A stretch of 64,000 nucleotides of DNA from Octopus sinensis. Its lineage: Eukaryota. The notes beneath the pieces are model-generated. The model did not search any database. It was not told the origin of the DNA and saw only the letters and a program-made list of their open reading frames with translations. The translations under genes and the position numbers were made by a program. The stretch spans positions 3,410,001 to 3,474,000 of the forward strand of contig NC_043001.1 of assembly GCF_006345805.1 (NCBI RefSeq). The letters are read 5' to 3'. Of this stretch, positions 37,024 to 51,242 are shown piece after piece (the first letter of the stretch is position 1; each line of letters opens with the position of its first letter).

Positions 37024-38092
37024 ATTGCTATCTGTTTATTAGAATTATCTAAGTGAATTCCAAAAACAGCAAATTCCAGAATTAGACATACTGGAAACAA
37101 GCACAGAAAAAGCTAAGCGTATGAAGACCCATGCTAAACTGTTGCCTTAGATACTCTGAAGAAAAGCCTCTCAATTGTAAATACCCAAAGAGACCGAATA
37201 AAGCAGATGTTGACAAAGCCCTGACCCATCAATGGCCTCTGACTTAAAATCAGAAACAGAAGGGTTTATCATAGCAGAACTAGACCAATGCCTACCTACA
37301 AGAAACTACCAGACCAACATATTAAAGAACGGCAGCTGCCCAACATGTCGTGTATCTAAACAACAATATGAAACCATCGATCATGTCTCCATGTGCAGTC
37401 TTCCCTCGCCTACGGAGTATTCCAACAGCTATGAAAGAGTGACACAGTATATTCACTGGGTAATTTGCAAAGATTTGGACCTGACCTCTGATAAAAACTG
37501 ATGGGAACACAAACTGTCTCCAGTGCTTGAAAATGATCACATCTCACTCCTCTGGAACTTCACCGTTCAAAGTGACAGAAAGATAGATGCGAATAGGCCA
37601 AACATTACATTGAATGACTTCAGACAGACAAAAATCATGCCTCCCAATCGACATAAATGCATCTGTCAACACCTACCAAAAACTGAGCAAATGTAAAGAT
37701 CTTGAAATAGAAATTGGCAAGATGTGGAACCTCAAAAGTAAAACAATACCTGTTGTCATAGGTACCCTAGGAATGATAGCAAAAGGGGCTGACTGCTACC
37801 TAGCTCAGATACCAGGAAATCCAAGAATGGCACAAATTCAAAAAAATAGTGCCCATGGGAACTCCCCATATCCTACGTAGAATACAGTCTATGTAATCTC
37901 AAATTTTAAAATAAATTTATAATAATTTTCTTATCTTTTTCTTAAACTTATTCTTGAACAATATTTTGTGCAAAGCCAAATATATGACACCCTAGGCATA
38001 AAACCAACAGGAACTTCTAATGTGTTGTCTCTCTTGAGGTCTCTGGGTGAAGCTTGGAGCCAACTTGTACAAATGCAAAGCATAAGTCAAAC
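37024..38092 (+). mobile_element. R4/Dong-clade LINE 3' fragment (zinc knuckle plus restriction-like endonuclease), flanked by (AAT)n
   Basis: LKSETEGFIIA..DQ.LPTRNY, CRV...ETIDHV..C, IHW, NRPNI, CL.ID, KLSKCKDLEIEI.KMW..IPVVIG.LG. (AAT)n lies at ~37004-37023 and 38093-38180. Confidence 0.85.
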
Positions 38093-38099
38093 AATGATA

Positions 38100-38166
<67 letters not shown>

Positions 38167-38195
38167 TTAATAATAATAACATATACAATGAGAAT

Positions 38196-38241
<46 letters not shown>

Positions 38242-38851
38242 CAGAGCGAGAGAAAGAGAAATATATCTGCATACTCACTGCCAAGTTTGTGCCAGCCATA
38301 ATCATACAAACACAGATTTAAACCTTATCCCTGACTCACCATTAACGTTAACTGAATTAGTTCTTCATTCAAGAAATAAGTTTCCTTTCTTCACTTTTCC
38401 CTTCCGTTCATTTATAAAACCCCACAGTCACCCCTTCCCCCCACCACCACTACCACTACCACCACCTGTTTCTTCACAATGGCCGCCATGTAAAATGTTA
38501 TCAACAACGGAAATTGCTTGACACATTCATTAAAAGTTGATAGAAAACATACTTCATCTTCCATAAATCCAACTGCAGTTGTGACCAAGTATTTTGTGGG
38601 ACTATATTTAGAGAAATCTCTGAAATATAAGGCGGTAATGATATTAGATTTTAAGATCTACCCAACACCCTCCATCTCCCTACATCACCAACCATTGCAC
38701 CATTGAAAGAATGCAGAGAAGATTCAATTGTTTGAAATCAATAAATGCTAAAATAAATGCTCAAAACATCACAGTTCAACAGAATCACTAAAGTGGATTC
38801 TATAGTTATATGTGCACATATATGCATATATATATATATATTATATATATA

Positions 38852-38893
<42 letters not shown>

Positions 38894-39724
38894 ATACGTA
38901 TATGTGCATCTGTATACATATCTATGCAAAACACTTCATTTCATGTTACTTCCATCCACTCAACTAGCGAAAGTGAGTAATCCTGCGTCCCGTCCAGTGG
39001 AGAATATATATATATATATATGCCACAGAAGCATGGAAACATATCCTACAAGTCTTCACGGCTCGGGGAGAAACTATTATCTAATGACTGAAACTAATAT
39101 AAAAACAAAAAAACAAGCACACACACAATATTAATATTCCTCATTCATTATCTGTGAAGGTTGCTTCCTAATTTATTTTATGTTTCCTTCTGTTAATGTA
39201 CCTTTTTTTAGGCAGAAATATCCAATCCTTTAAAACCAATGAATGCACGGATTCTTTAAACACTTTAAGCATCCAATTGACGTTGTTGATTATGTCGGAG
39301 AAATCATAGAATTTAACAGCTTTTCAAATGAACGAATTCTTGAAATTCATAGCCTTCTATGAATTATATATCGGACTGCAGAGGAATTAACCTTATTGAT
39401 GGCTATTTTATCAAACCTATACGTCTTTTCCATAATCTTCCTCATTCGTATCGCTCTTTGATGAAAATATCCCCATTAAAGATAATTTCCTGATGAACAG
39501 GATCTCATGTTCCGAATCTTAATCAGTTCTTTGAGCCAGCTTTCATTTCCGATTCTATTGATTTTAGTCTTCACTTACTGCATAGTGCTGGTATTTATTA
39601 TGAAATATCCTCTTATATATAATAACTCAACCATCAGCTATTACTTGATGCTTCAGATTATAATCTGGCTGCTTCACCTAATCTCAGTGCTTCAGAATGA
39701 TTGTTGTTGTTGTTGTTATCATTC

Positions 39725-39932
39725 AAGCTGGTAGAATCATTAGAACTTTGGTAAAATGTTTAGTGGCATTTCTGTTGACTCCTTATGTTCCGCGTTCACA
39801 AACCCCACCGTGGCATCGTCTTACCTTTCATCCTTTTGGAGCCACCAAAACAAAGTGCCAGTCAAGTACTGGGTTTGGATGTAATCGACCAATCCCCCAC
39901 CCCACCACGCTAATATTACTGGTTCTGGGACA
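39725..39932 (+). mobile_element. Degenerate SINE (17035 family)
   Basis: AGCTGGTAGAATCATTAG..CCTTTCATCCTTTTGG..GATGTAATCGAC. Confidence 0.5.
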
Positions 39933-40469
39933 AACTCTGAACGACGTATGGCAGTCAGTTGGCAACATCCTAAATACATCAAACAGATGCTTGACTGCAA
40001 TTCTTCTGGTTTTTTGCACTTAGAGTGAAAACCCTGCCAAGATCTTCGTCTTGGTGCTGATAACAGTACTTGTAATGTACAGTGTTCGATGCTACTGACT
40101 TACAAAATTGCCTTTCAAAGTCGATTTCAAAGTTTAACCATTATTGCTGTCGTTGTTTTTAATTTGGTATTTAGGTTGTCGTATTCATGATTGCGAGGTC
40201 GTTTTTTCAATACTTAGATCGGATGGTGCGTTGTGTTCTTGGGGAAAAAAAAACACTTCATCTCACGTTACTTATTCACCTTTTCAGGCAACTTCGATTT
40301 TATGGAGAGAGTGAGCTAATGTACAACACATTAATTTGATCACTATAAGCGAATAATTTCGGTGAAGAAGCTGAACACTCATCCACCATCTTCGACGGGA
40401 GAAACCAATCATTACTATAGTTATTATTCGTGATGTGCATGAATGTGTTACATTGGAACCAATATCCTA

Positions 40470-41075
40470 TGATATGGAGGACCTTTCTTAAAATCCTTAT
40501 TCTTCCGAATACACCAGAGTTCTGAATCAATACAACTCTTGTCGTCATAAACATCTCAATAAAGGGACCGTTAATGACGGTACTTGGGGCACCCCTCACA
40601 ACTGCAATTACTTTTGTAGAAACTCTCCGCAGTCTTCGCATTTCCAAAGCCAAACTCTATTTTCTCCAGATATTTGACTGCCACATTCATGCTCGCTGAT
40701 ATTTCCACATCTATGATGATGCACTCTTTATATCCTTGCCTCAAAATGATAATATCTGATCGTCTTGCATGACGTTCGAGATCAGTCAAGTCATTGACAT
40801 CCCATGCACCTTATACTGATGGTTCTCTATTTATTACATTTTCAGGTTGGTGTTTCTTCCATTTTCTTCCTACTTTAAATCCTAATTTACCGTAATATGT
40901 CCCAGTGGAATGCCTTGGCCAAAAGGTCGTGTCTACGTTTATATCCTTTCTGTGCCAAAGAGCTATAGGAACTCGTGTGTATAACGGATTCCGCTTTCTA
41001 ATTACATGCTCTGCGCTTGGAACTTGGAGAATTTGTCCATTTTAATTATATATGTATGTCATTAGGATGTTTGTT
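40470..41075 (-). pseudogene. Decayed R4/Dong-like RLE fragment
   Basis: Minus strand TDLERHARRSDIIIL..KECIIIDVEI..NVAVK..EK, followed by VIAVVRGA and RILRKVL. Confidence 0.6.
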
Positions 41076-41176
41076 TCAAAACTGTGATCTCAGTATCATT
41101 CTACAGCGTGGCACTTTTGGGTAAGTTGCTTCTGCTATTGGCCAGGGTTAACCAATGCCTTGTGATAGTAATTTGG

Positions 41177-41211
<35 letters not shown>

Positions 41212-41259
41212 AAATCAAATTGCGATAGAATAAAAAAAATAATTATATATATATAATAT

Positions 41260-41302
<43 letters not shown>

Positions 41303-41326
41303 CATATATATAGAGATATACATATT

Positions 41327-41357
<31 letters not shown>

Positions 41358-41443
41358 GTAAGTGTGTATATATATATATATATAGATATACATATATATA
41401 TATATATATATATACACACTTACATATATATAGATATATATAT

Positions 41444-41491
<48 letters not shown>

Positions 41492-41759
41492 TGTAAACAC
41501 CAAATTGTACGTAAGGCTGCATAGATAAATCAAGGTTCCCTCTCTCGTATTCCTTAATCCCTTTCCCCCTCCCTTTTATCTCTCAGTTTCTTTTGTTTTC
41601 TCACCTCCCTTCTACCTTGTTTTTTCTTTCTCTCCCTCCCTCACATTCTGTGATCCCTCCCTCTCATTATTTGGTCCTTCTGATTTCTTTCTCCTCTTAG
41701 TCCCTCTGCCTTCTTCAACTCCTCCCCTCACCTCTACCACGCGATCGCTGTCTGGTTTA

Positions 41760-42280
41760 TGGAGATCTTGTGCAACTGAAACCTGAGCGTCTTTTTGGTT
41801 AGCTGAAAGCAGTTTTTGGCACATACTCGCCAGACACGCGTGCCATAACCAAATCTTCAGTGATAATGAAGTGAACTGAACCGTAACTTATTTGCACACC
41901 TTCTGGTAAGTCACAGGTGGTGATTCGACGATTTCCCCTCCCATCTACATGCGCATCAGTGCTGTTTCTTTCTCTCAGTTCCGTTGGTTGCGGGTCTCGC
42001 AGAACGTTCGTTAACATCGACAATTTTCGGTCATCTTGGAAACGTCTGAAACACGCGTACGCTTGTGTGCAGCTTGTACACTCCTCCCTATACACTTTTT
42101 GCAAGTTTGCGTAGACCTCTGAGCAGGTATCACCATGGCAACGTTCTCTGTCATGGTCAATGCGACGATCACACACTACACACGTTCCTTCCAAGCACTG
42201 CTATAAACAGCAGAAATGAGCTAGAAGGTTAAAACTTAGTGCGCATGCACAGCAGTGTTCAAGGTTAATCTGTGCGATGC
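41760..42280 (-). pseudogene. Tc1/mariner (mariner-type) transposase N-terminal remnant
   Basis: GDTCSEVYANLQKVYREEC..FRRFQD..RRITT.DL..VQISYGSVH.IITEDL.M.RVS..YVPK/LLSANQKDA matches the mariner HTH region and the WVP-linker equivalent. Confidence 0.8.
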
Positions 42281-44114
42281 AGCTTCACTCTGCGTACTTT
42301 AGCCTTGTTACTATGGCAACAGTCCTGTTACTTATTGATCAGTCCTCGTATATGTATACCTTTATACACACACATTTATACAGACACACACACACACACA
42401 CACACACACAAATACACACATATGCATATGAATCTATATCTACATCTATTTATTATGTATATATGTATATTTATATACAAATTTCAAAGATTTTAAATGA
42501 CTGACTTTGGTGCATCCACAATATTTTTTAAAAAAAGAGGTTTTCTTTATTATTATTTAAAAAAAGAAAATCTTTGCGAAAACTAAATGACACAAACCTT
42601 TTGGAGAAATGTTATCGCATTGCGTGTATAGTGTGCAATCATTACCATCATCATCATCCCCACCACTACCACCACCACCACCATCATAGTATCATCCCAC
42701 TCCTCCTTCTCCTACTCATCCTCATCATCTAACATCCATGTTCGACGCTGACATCGCATGGACATTTCTTCGACAAGATGCGATCGTCTTAAAGATTGCA
42801 GTATGTTCCAGTGTCTGTTTTGGTGCGGTTTCTTTGCCTGGAATTCCTTCGTAAACCCAACTGCATTACAGTGTGTACTGAGTGCCTTTATTGTGCCTCG
42901 CACAACTCAGTGACCACCAAGTCCTCAAACCCTGGGTGAACGCTCCCACGTCAGGCATGCACTACCGATCGCATTATATCCATGCAGATTTCCAGCTTCA
43001 ATAACTGCATGCTGTATGCTGTTTAAAATGCATCTCTGCATATCTATAACGTAGCACATGTAACACACAAACCACATACTTGTATTTTATGCACAACACT
43101 AGGAAGCCAAACGTTGAAATTTGAATAAATCCAGTCAAATGATTAAAGCAGTTAATTAATCTGCTTAAATGAGCATAGAAAAGAAATCAAAGAAAATTTG
43201 TGCTTTTGATAACTAGCTTCAGGAATTTGCTGCTTTAGTTTAATTCAATTTTCTTTACTTTTATGTGTTTTACACTAATGTTTCCATAGCAACCTGAAGA
43301 AAATTTCGAGAATTCTACTGTTTAGGCGCAGGCATGTCTGTGTCGTGAGACGTTTCCTTCCCAACCACAGGGTTCTGAGTTCAATCCTACTGTGTGGAAC
43401 CTTGAGCAAATGTCTTCTACCATAGCGCCATGCCAACCAAAGTATTGTGAATGGATCTCTTTTGCTCTCAGTTACGGTTTTCTCTCTCCCCCTCTCTCTC
43501 TCTCAGTATGTTTGCTAATATGTGTACGTCGGTGCTAGGGAGATAGTGGTGCATGTATGTGGGTCATGTACATAAGGCCCATCACTAAAACCGCCATTCC
43601 AAAACGTTCTCAGTCAATCATTTTACTCTTTAGGTAAGATGAATCTTCGTTGCTCTCCTAAATGGGTTGAGGAACCACATCGCTCTTGCAACTTTTATTT
43701 TCTGTCTTTACTTTCAATGGTAAGATTCGCTTCCTAACACCACCCACTTAACAGCGTGTAGGGCCTACCTGCTAATGTGGTACCAACAGGTTGTCAAAGC
43801 TTTGATCTAAATAAATGGCCCTCTTGTACCAACCACAAGGTACTGGATATAATTTTGTATGACTCCATCACAGAAGAGAATTTGCATGTTCTTGATAAAA
43901 CTCATGGATCTCCTCAATACCTGGAGCATTGTTCAGTCTTGTTGCTGGTGTCACGTAAAAAGCACAAGTGATGGTGCCATAAAAGTGCACTTAGTGAAGT
44001 CGGTGGTGTTAGGAAGGGCATCCAAGCCAAAAGCGAAGCCTGGTGCAGCACCTGGCTTTTCCAGCCTCCGTCAAACTGTCCAACGTATGCCAGCTAGGAA
44101 GGCGGGCATTAAAT

Positions 44115-44281
44115 GAAGATGATGATGATAATGATGATGATGATGTTGATAGGATGATGATGTTGTTGATGAGCATGATGATGATGATGATGTTGTTGTT
44201 GATATGATGATGATGACGATGTTGATGATGATGGTGATGATGTTGTTGTTGATATGATGATGATGATGATGATGGTGAAGG

Positions 44282-44315
<34 letters not shown>

Positions 44316-44316
44316 A

Positions 44317-44355
<39 letters not shown>

Positions 44356-44415
44356 TTGATGATGATGATGATGATGATGGTGAAGGTGATGATGATGAGG
44401 AGGAGGATGAAGAAG
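44115..44415 (+). repeat. (GAT)n microsatellite grown from an RTE tail (43940-44115)
   Basis: Follows CCAACGTATGCCAGCTAGGAAGGCGGGCATTAAAT, which resembles the RTE 3' end. Confidence 0.85.
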
Positions 44416-45398
44416 ACAACGTAGGTTGGTTCAACTTGAAGTGTACATTTTGCGATCCATGCCTTTTGCTATGAAACGGTCATTGTGGAGGCATGGCTCA
44501 ACCTCCAAAGACTCTCATTTCTGAGCCACGCACAGAGTTGTGTAAACATTAAGCCATAAATCCTTTTACAGAAGGTCTTCCCTTTGACTGCTTGAATCTG
44601 TGATTGCACTTTTTTCAGCCACGTTAACGAAGCAAGTAATAAGGTCATACCTTTTATTTACTGGTATAATCCTCCTTATCAATTTCTAGTCTACTTAATG
44701 TCATTCACAACATGAGAATTGACCAGAGGCTATAGAGAATTACATTCACCCACACGATACCTTATAGCTTGATGGCAATGTTTAAATAAGAACCAAGAAA
44801 ATATATTTTACTGTTTCTGGATCTTGGGTTAGTTGAAAGGTATTTCGCTATAGCGGACTCATACTATCAGTTTGAGTTTTAGCATACGTCACATTGCAGT
44901 TATCGATTTCATTGTCTTTGACCACGGCACCGGTATATTAGCTGCTTTCTTCAGGAGAGAAAAAAATACGATTACAAGTCACGTTAATGGAAAAGAGAAA
45001 AAAATCACAGTTGAGACGAGAGAAAAGTGTCAAGCTGGAAAAACATGTTCAATGAGATTTGAAGTCCTTTCCGCCAAAGCCATGAAGCATATATGCTGTT
45101 ATTGAAACACACACACACACACATACTCACACACACACGCACACAAACACACACACACACACACATACACAAGAACGTAATCACAGACATATATATATAT
45201 CCTATCTATGTTACGCACGCGTGCGCACACACACACATGTATATGCATTTACATATAATTATATACACGTGTATATATCTGTGTATACCACATATATACA
45301 TATAAATATCTATGTATATCTAAGTATATATACACATGTATGAATATAAGTGTTCATATGTGTGTGTCTGTATGTGTGCATATATATAAATATGTATG

Positions 45399-45441
<43 letters not shown>

Positions 45442-45870
45442 CTATAAAGGAATACATACATTTTATATATATATACACACACACACACAACAATATACGC
45501 TCACACTTCATATAAATATACACAAAGACACATATTTGTGTGCGTTTGTGTATATCTGTGTCATCCTCTGCAGATGCATGTGCATACCCCTGCATACACA
45601 CATTGAAAGCACCTTACATATACACCTATATATCAATACATACATATACCTTAGCAACACCTGAGGGACTCGCAGTAATTAGGAGAAGCAAGCAAGCTAC
45701 TATTAAGAGAAACTGAACTTTTATCACTTGTTCTCATAGATTAATTCTCCAAGTGACAGCGTCAACGTTCTATAAGGTTGGATTGGTGCCATGGATGAGA
45801 GATTTTGGTAAGGAAATCACCAGTGTGTAATGTGGCAGATCAAAGAATCACAACCTATATATTATTGTTG

Positions 45871-45946
<76 letters not shown>

Positions 45947-47495
45947 CATTATTATTATCATTATTATTATTATTATTATTATTATCAATTCTAGAGGAAT
46001 GCGTAAGCGTATGGTGGCTTGTGTACAATATATATATTTATGTGAATGTAGCATATATATGTACTACAATCACATACATACATGTGCCCATATACCTTTG
46101 AATAAATATATATATTCTATGTATATATACACATATATATTTATACGGGTGAGGTAGATGTATGTGCATAAAAGAGATATACTTATAAATGCACAGACAC
46201 ACAAATATATATATATATGTGTGTGTGTGTGTATGTATATATATATATATTATACATGCACATGCACACACATATATCATATTATTTAAGAAAGGTTTCA
46301 GAAGGTTGCACCCGAGGACATGGTGAATGCAATACATCTAGCGTGTGTGTGTGTGTGTATGCAAGTGAGTCTGTGTGGGTGTGTGAGTACATGTGTGTGT
46401 GTGTAATGTTGTCGGTGATAATGCGTATAAAATTCCTTTTCCTTGCTTTGTCTCTCTGTCTTCACTTCTGCATACGTGTGAGCATGCATATGTATATGTG
46501 TGGCAACAGCTCTGTGTGAAAGACATAGCATTAAATATTGAAACGACAATAAGAAAGTAATATGTCATAACATCATGCTGCTGCTGCTGCTACCGCTGCT
46601 GCTTCGGCTCTCCTTGATTTTCTTATTGATCCATGCCATTCTATCAAAGACAGAACAATGCTTTCACATCCTCAAAGAATTTTACTTGTTCTTTCAAGAA
46701 ATAAAAAAAAGAAATAATTATACAGACATCAACGTTAAATTGGTGGTGATTAACGGGAAGTCCTTGCTTGTTCAGGATAAATGCTACAGGCATTGCTATG
46801 TTGGTGCCAACAGCAACCAGACAAGTCTGCGGTACATGCTGCGCCACAAGACCGAGTGAAACTCTTTGGCATGAATTTGTTCCGTGTCTGTTCATTATTT
46901 GCATGTAGTTTATACATTGAATAGCTCTTATCGTCGTTCGCAAGTTCTTTAGCTGCAGTTCAGAGAATGAGTATCGGAGTAGAGGGTTACGGCTCAATCT
47001 CTATTTGTCGCTGACCTTAGCTGACCTTAGTAATTGTCAAGGGCCTCAGTTGTGGGTCAAATAGCAGATGATCCTGTGGGTGAGTAGGTAGTTACCCCTT
47101 ACACATCACAGCTTCCAAGTTTTCAAGAAACAGAGGAACATACACACCCATACGTATGTACAAAGATATTGCACAGTACGTACACACCCACACACACACA
47201 CACACCACAATAAACACAAACACGAACACACACATGTAAAGAAGTGAACTTGAAACCCTGAGTAAAGTTGTGTGATAATTTTGCAGCTATAATACAAAGT
47301 ATAATAATCTAGCCTTGGTTCTCGATTACTATTTTCTCCACCTCACTTTGCACTTAGATATTAAAAAGGATGAAAATAATGAATGGAGAGTAAGCCCCAA
47401 AACATAACTATTTGTATATAAAGACATTGTTATGATGTTTCTCTGCAATTACATTTCTTGAAAAGTTCATATATTGAGATTACAATGCCACAATG

Positions 47496-47545
<50 letters not shown>

Positions 47546-47606
47546 ATATTATATATATATATATATTATATATATATATATAATATATATAATAATATAT
47601 ATATAT

Positions 47607-47654
<48 letters not shown>

Positions 47655-47680
47655 ATATTATATATATATATATATACATA

Positions 47681-49317
47681 GGCTCAGGAGTGGCTGTGTG
47701 GTAAGGTCTTGCTAATCAACCACATGGTTCCGGGTTCAGTCCCACTGCGTGGCATCTTGGGCAAGTGTCTTCTGCTAGCCCGGGCCGACCAATGTCTTGT
47801 GAGTGGATTTGGTAGACGGAAACTGAAAGAACCTGTCGTATATATGTATATATATATGTGTGTATGTGTGTGTGTTTGTGTGTCTGTGTTTGTCCCCCTA
47901 GCATTGCTTGACAAACAATGCTGGTGTGTTTACGTCCCCGTCACTTAGCGGTTCGGCAAAAGAGACCGACAGAATACTACTGGGCTTACAAAGAATAAGT
48001 CCCGGTGTCTATTTGCTCGACTAAAAGCGGTGCTCCAGCATGGCCGCAGTCAAATGACTGAAACAAGTAAAGGAGTATATATATAGGCGCAGGAGTGGCT
48101 GTGTGATAAGTAGCTTGCTAACCAACCACATGGTTCCGGGTTCAGTCCCACTGCGTGGCATCTTGGGCAAGTGTCTTCTGCTATAGCCCCGGGCCGACCA
48201 ATGTCTTGTGAGTGGATTTGGTAGACGGAAACTGAAAGAAGCCTGTTGTATATATGTATATATATATATGTGTGTATGTGTGTGTGTTTGTGTGTCTGTG
48301 TTTGTCCCCCTAGCATTGCTTGACAAACAATGCTGGTGTGTTTACGTCCACGTCACTTAGCGGTTCGGCAAAAGAGAACGATAGAATACTACTGGGCTTA
48401 CAAAGAATAAGTCCCGGTGTCTATTTGCTCGACTAAAAGCGGTGCTCCAGCATGGCCGCAGTCAAATGACTGAAACAAGTAAAGGAGTATATATATAGGC
48501 GCAGGAGTGGCTGTGTGATAAGTAGCTTGCTAACCAACCACATGGTTCCGGTTCAGTCCCACGGCGTGGCATCTTGGGCCTGTCCTTCTGCTATAGCCCC
48601 GGGCCGACCAATGTCTTGTGAGTGGATTTGGTAGACGGAAACTGAAAGAAGCCTGTCGTATATATGTATATATATGTGTGTATGTGTGTGTGTTTGTGTG
48701 TCTGTGTTGTGTCCCCCTAGCTTGCTTGACAAACAATGCTGGTGTGTTTACGTCCCCGTCACTTAGCGGTTCGGCAAAAGAGAACGATAGAATACTACTG
48801 GGCTTACAAAGAATAAGTCCCGGTGTCTATTTGCTCGACTAAAAGCGGTGCTCCAGCATGGCCGCAGTCAAATGACTGAAACAAGTAAAGGAGTATATAT
48901 ATAGGCGCAGGAGTGGCTGTGTGATAAGTAGCTTGCTAACCAACCACATGGTTCCGGGTTCAGTCCCACTGCGTGGCATCTTGGGCAAGTGTCTTCTACT
49001 ATAGCCTCGGGCCGACCTATGCCTTGTGAGTGGATTTGGTAGACGGAAACTGAAAGAAGCCTGTCGCATATATGTATATATATATGTATTTGTGTGTATG
49101 TTTGTGTGTCTGTGTTTGTCCCCCTAGCATTGCTTGACAACCGATGCTGGTGTGTTTACGTCCCCGTCACCTAGCGGTTCGGCAAAAGAGACCGATAGAA
49201 TAAGTACTGGGCTTACAAAGAATAAGTTCCGGGGTCGATTTGTTCGACTAAAGGCGGTGCTCCAGCATGGCCGCAGTCAAATGACTGAAACAAGTAAAAG
49301 AGTAAAGAGTAAAGAGT
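47681..49317 (+). mobile_element. Four head-to-tail copies of a ~410-bp tRNA-derived CORE-like SINE
   Basis: Units start at 47681, 48086, 48498 and 48904. Each has A-box-like TGGCTGTGTG(G/A), B-box-like GGTTCAGTCCC and an internal (TA/TG)n, and ends GACTGAAACAAGTAAA. Three of four carry CTTGGGCAAGTG. Confidence 0.92.
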
Positions 49318-49676
49318 ATATATATAGCTTCTGAAATATATGTCTGTGTGCATTAATGTGTGTGTATGTGTGTGCGTCTGCTGCATCTGCGTCTACGTGT
49401 ATGTGAGTGTGCGTGTGCGTGCGCGCTCGCGTGTTTGTATGTTCCTACATCACTGTCATCATCAGCAAGAGGGAATCCAAGAGGGAATCGATGGGAGAGT
49501 TCAACAAAATTACAGGAGGGCTGGGTTGTGTTCTAATATCTGCTAGCACGTTTATATATATATATGTCAAATGACTGAAACAAGTAAAAGAGTAAAAGAT
49601 ATATATATATAATATATATATATTATATGTATATATATATATATATAAACACATAGTCACACACATAAATATATAT

Positions 49677-50032
49677 TCTTTTCTACTTTAGGCACATGGC
49701 TCGAAATTTCTTGGAAGGGGGCTAGTCAATTAGATCGACCCCAGTACGTAATTGGTACTTAATTTATCAACCCCGAAAGGTTGAAAGGCGAAGTCACCGT
49801 CGGCGGAATTTGAACTCAGAACGTAATGACATACGGAATACATATTTCTTTACTACCCACAAGGGGCTACACACAGAGGGGGCATACAATTACATACAAA
49901 CGGATTAAGTCGATTATATCGATCCCAGTGCAAGGTCTACCTCGGCGGAATTTGAACTCAGAATGTAACGACATATGAAATACGGCTACGCAATTCGCCC
50001 GGCATGCTAACGTTTCTGCCAGCTCGCCGCCT
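49677..50032 (-). mobile_element. SINE (17035 family) with internal partial duplication
   Basis: CGGCGGAATTTGAACTCAGAA occurs twice (~49801 and ~49943). The head GGCGGCGAGCTGGCAGAAACGTTAGC is on the minus strand. Confidence 0.75.
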
Positions 50033-51023
50033 TCAGATATTGGAGCCTCACGCAGTCCTTGAATTGATCGGGTCTTTGTAAACTATGTAACCCATGCCAG
50101 CATGTATGTTGGACATTAGATGATGATGGTGAAGAGGAGGAAGAGGAAGAGGAGAGGGAAGAGCAGAAAGAAGAAGATGAAGAGTGGTAGTAAGAAGAAG
50201 AAGAATAGGAAAATGGTAGAAAAGAGAAGACGATGCGATGCACACACACACACACACACACACCTGAAAGTGTATTTTCCCTTATTGTCTTTATTGTGGC
50301 TCTTCCATTCCAGGATTCTAACTTGTAATTTCAGAGAGATTTAACAAATATTTCTAGCAAAGCCAGTGATCACGTGACGGTTATAGAAGTAAATATGTCA
50401 AATGTTTTTGTTATTGTTTATCTAAGCTTAACTCTGCTTAAGCAGACCAACAGCATATGACCTTTGACCTATGACCCATACCGAAATCTTCACCACTTCA
50501 CTTCCAGATTTTATGTCTGACCAATGGAAGCTTGAGTGAATGATGAGAAGGAGAGATACGAGGAGAGAGTGTGGGGGTTGAAGAGGAGGCAGATGAAGAA
50601 GAAGAACAGGAGAAAGTTTTGCGGCAGCGGAAGGGAATAGGCCTGATAATAATGATGATGACGATGATGATGATGGTTATTGTGTATAAAGAGGAATGCA
50701 TTGTTTCTGGAATCCTTCAGTTTTGAATAATGTAGGATTTGATTCAACAAAAACTTAACTATGATTTCTAACACTTCCTAGAATCAGGAAGCGACTTCCT
50801 TGGTGGTTTCGTATTTACAGTTCAGATGGAATTGTCTTAAACCATTTTTCGATCTTATTTCTCTCAGGAATCTATTCGGTCGTTGCATTTTTATTTTCAA
50901 AATAATCCACAAATATGAGATGTTAAGTTTCAAGTGAACAAAAGACAAATATTTAAATGGTAAAATTAAATATTGCCTTGTGTGATAATGGGATTAGAGC
51001 CTAATTTGAAATTCATTAATTAA

Positions 51024-51242
51024 CCGCTTGGCATTCAGATTACTCTGTCAAATGTAATGCTTATTTATTCACATTATTTTGAATTAATCAGGGATTATCT
51101 CTTAGCTTTGAGATTTTGATAACGTCATTGATTAAGTTAAGAGTGATATTGTAGGGTAAGCGTGAGAGGCCAGATCTGGCCAATTAGAGCAGAAAAGAGG
51201 AGAATATTTCAGCCAGATATTGAGGATTTAAGTGCCACAGGG
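51024..51242. mobile_element. piggyBac-like MITE
   Basis: TTAA at 51020-51023 and 51243-51246, with imperfect termini CCGCTTGGCATT...AAGTGCCACAGGG. Confidence 0.55.

Noticed and set aside
44895-44958. CTGAAGA...GAAATCGATA on the minus strand; similar lone boxes at 27513-27570, 29986, 39490 and 51601
   Set aside because: There is no pairing for stem I or stem II. Such boxes are expected by chance in 64 kb.
46575-46997. 94-aa (+) signal-peptide-like ORF and 117-aa (-) ORF in unique sequence
   Set aside because: The poly-L start comes from a (CTG)n repeat, and there is no recognisable domain or convincing splice context. An exon cannot be excluded without RNA-seq.
47681-49317. CRISPR-like or gene-like array, with ORFs 48021-48326 and 48839-49069
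   Set aside because: The units are whole ~410-bp SINEs with no unique spacers, the context is eukaryotic, and the ORFs are incidental.
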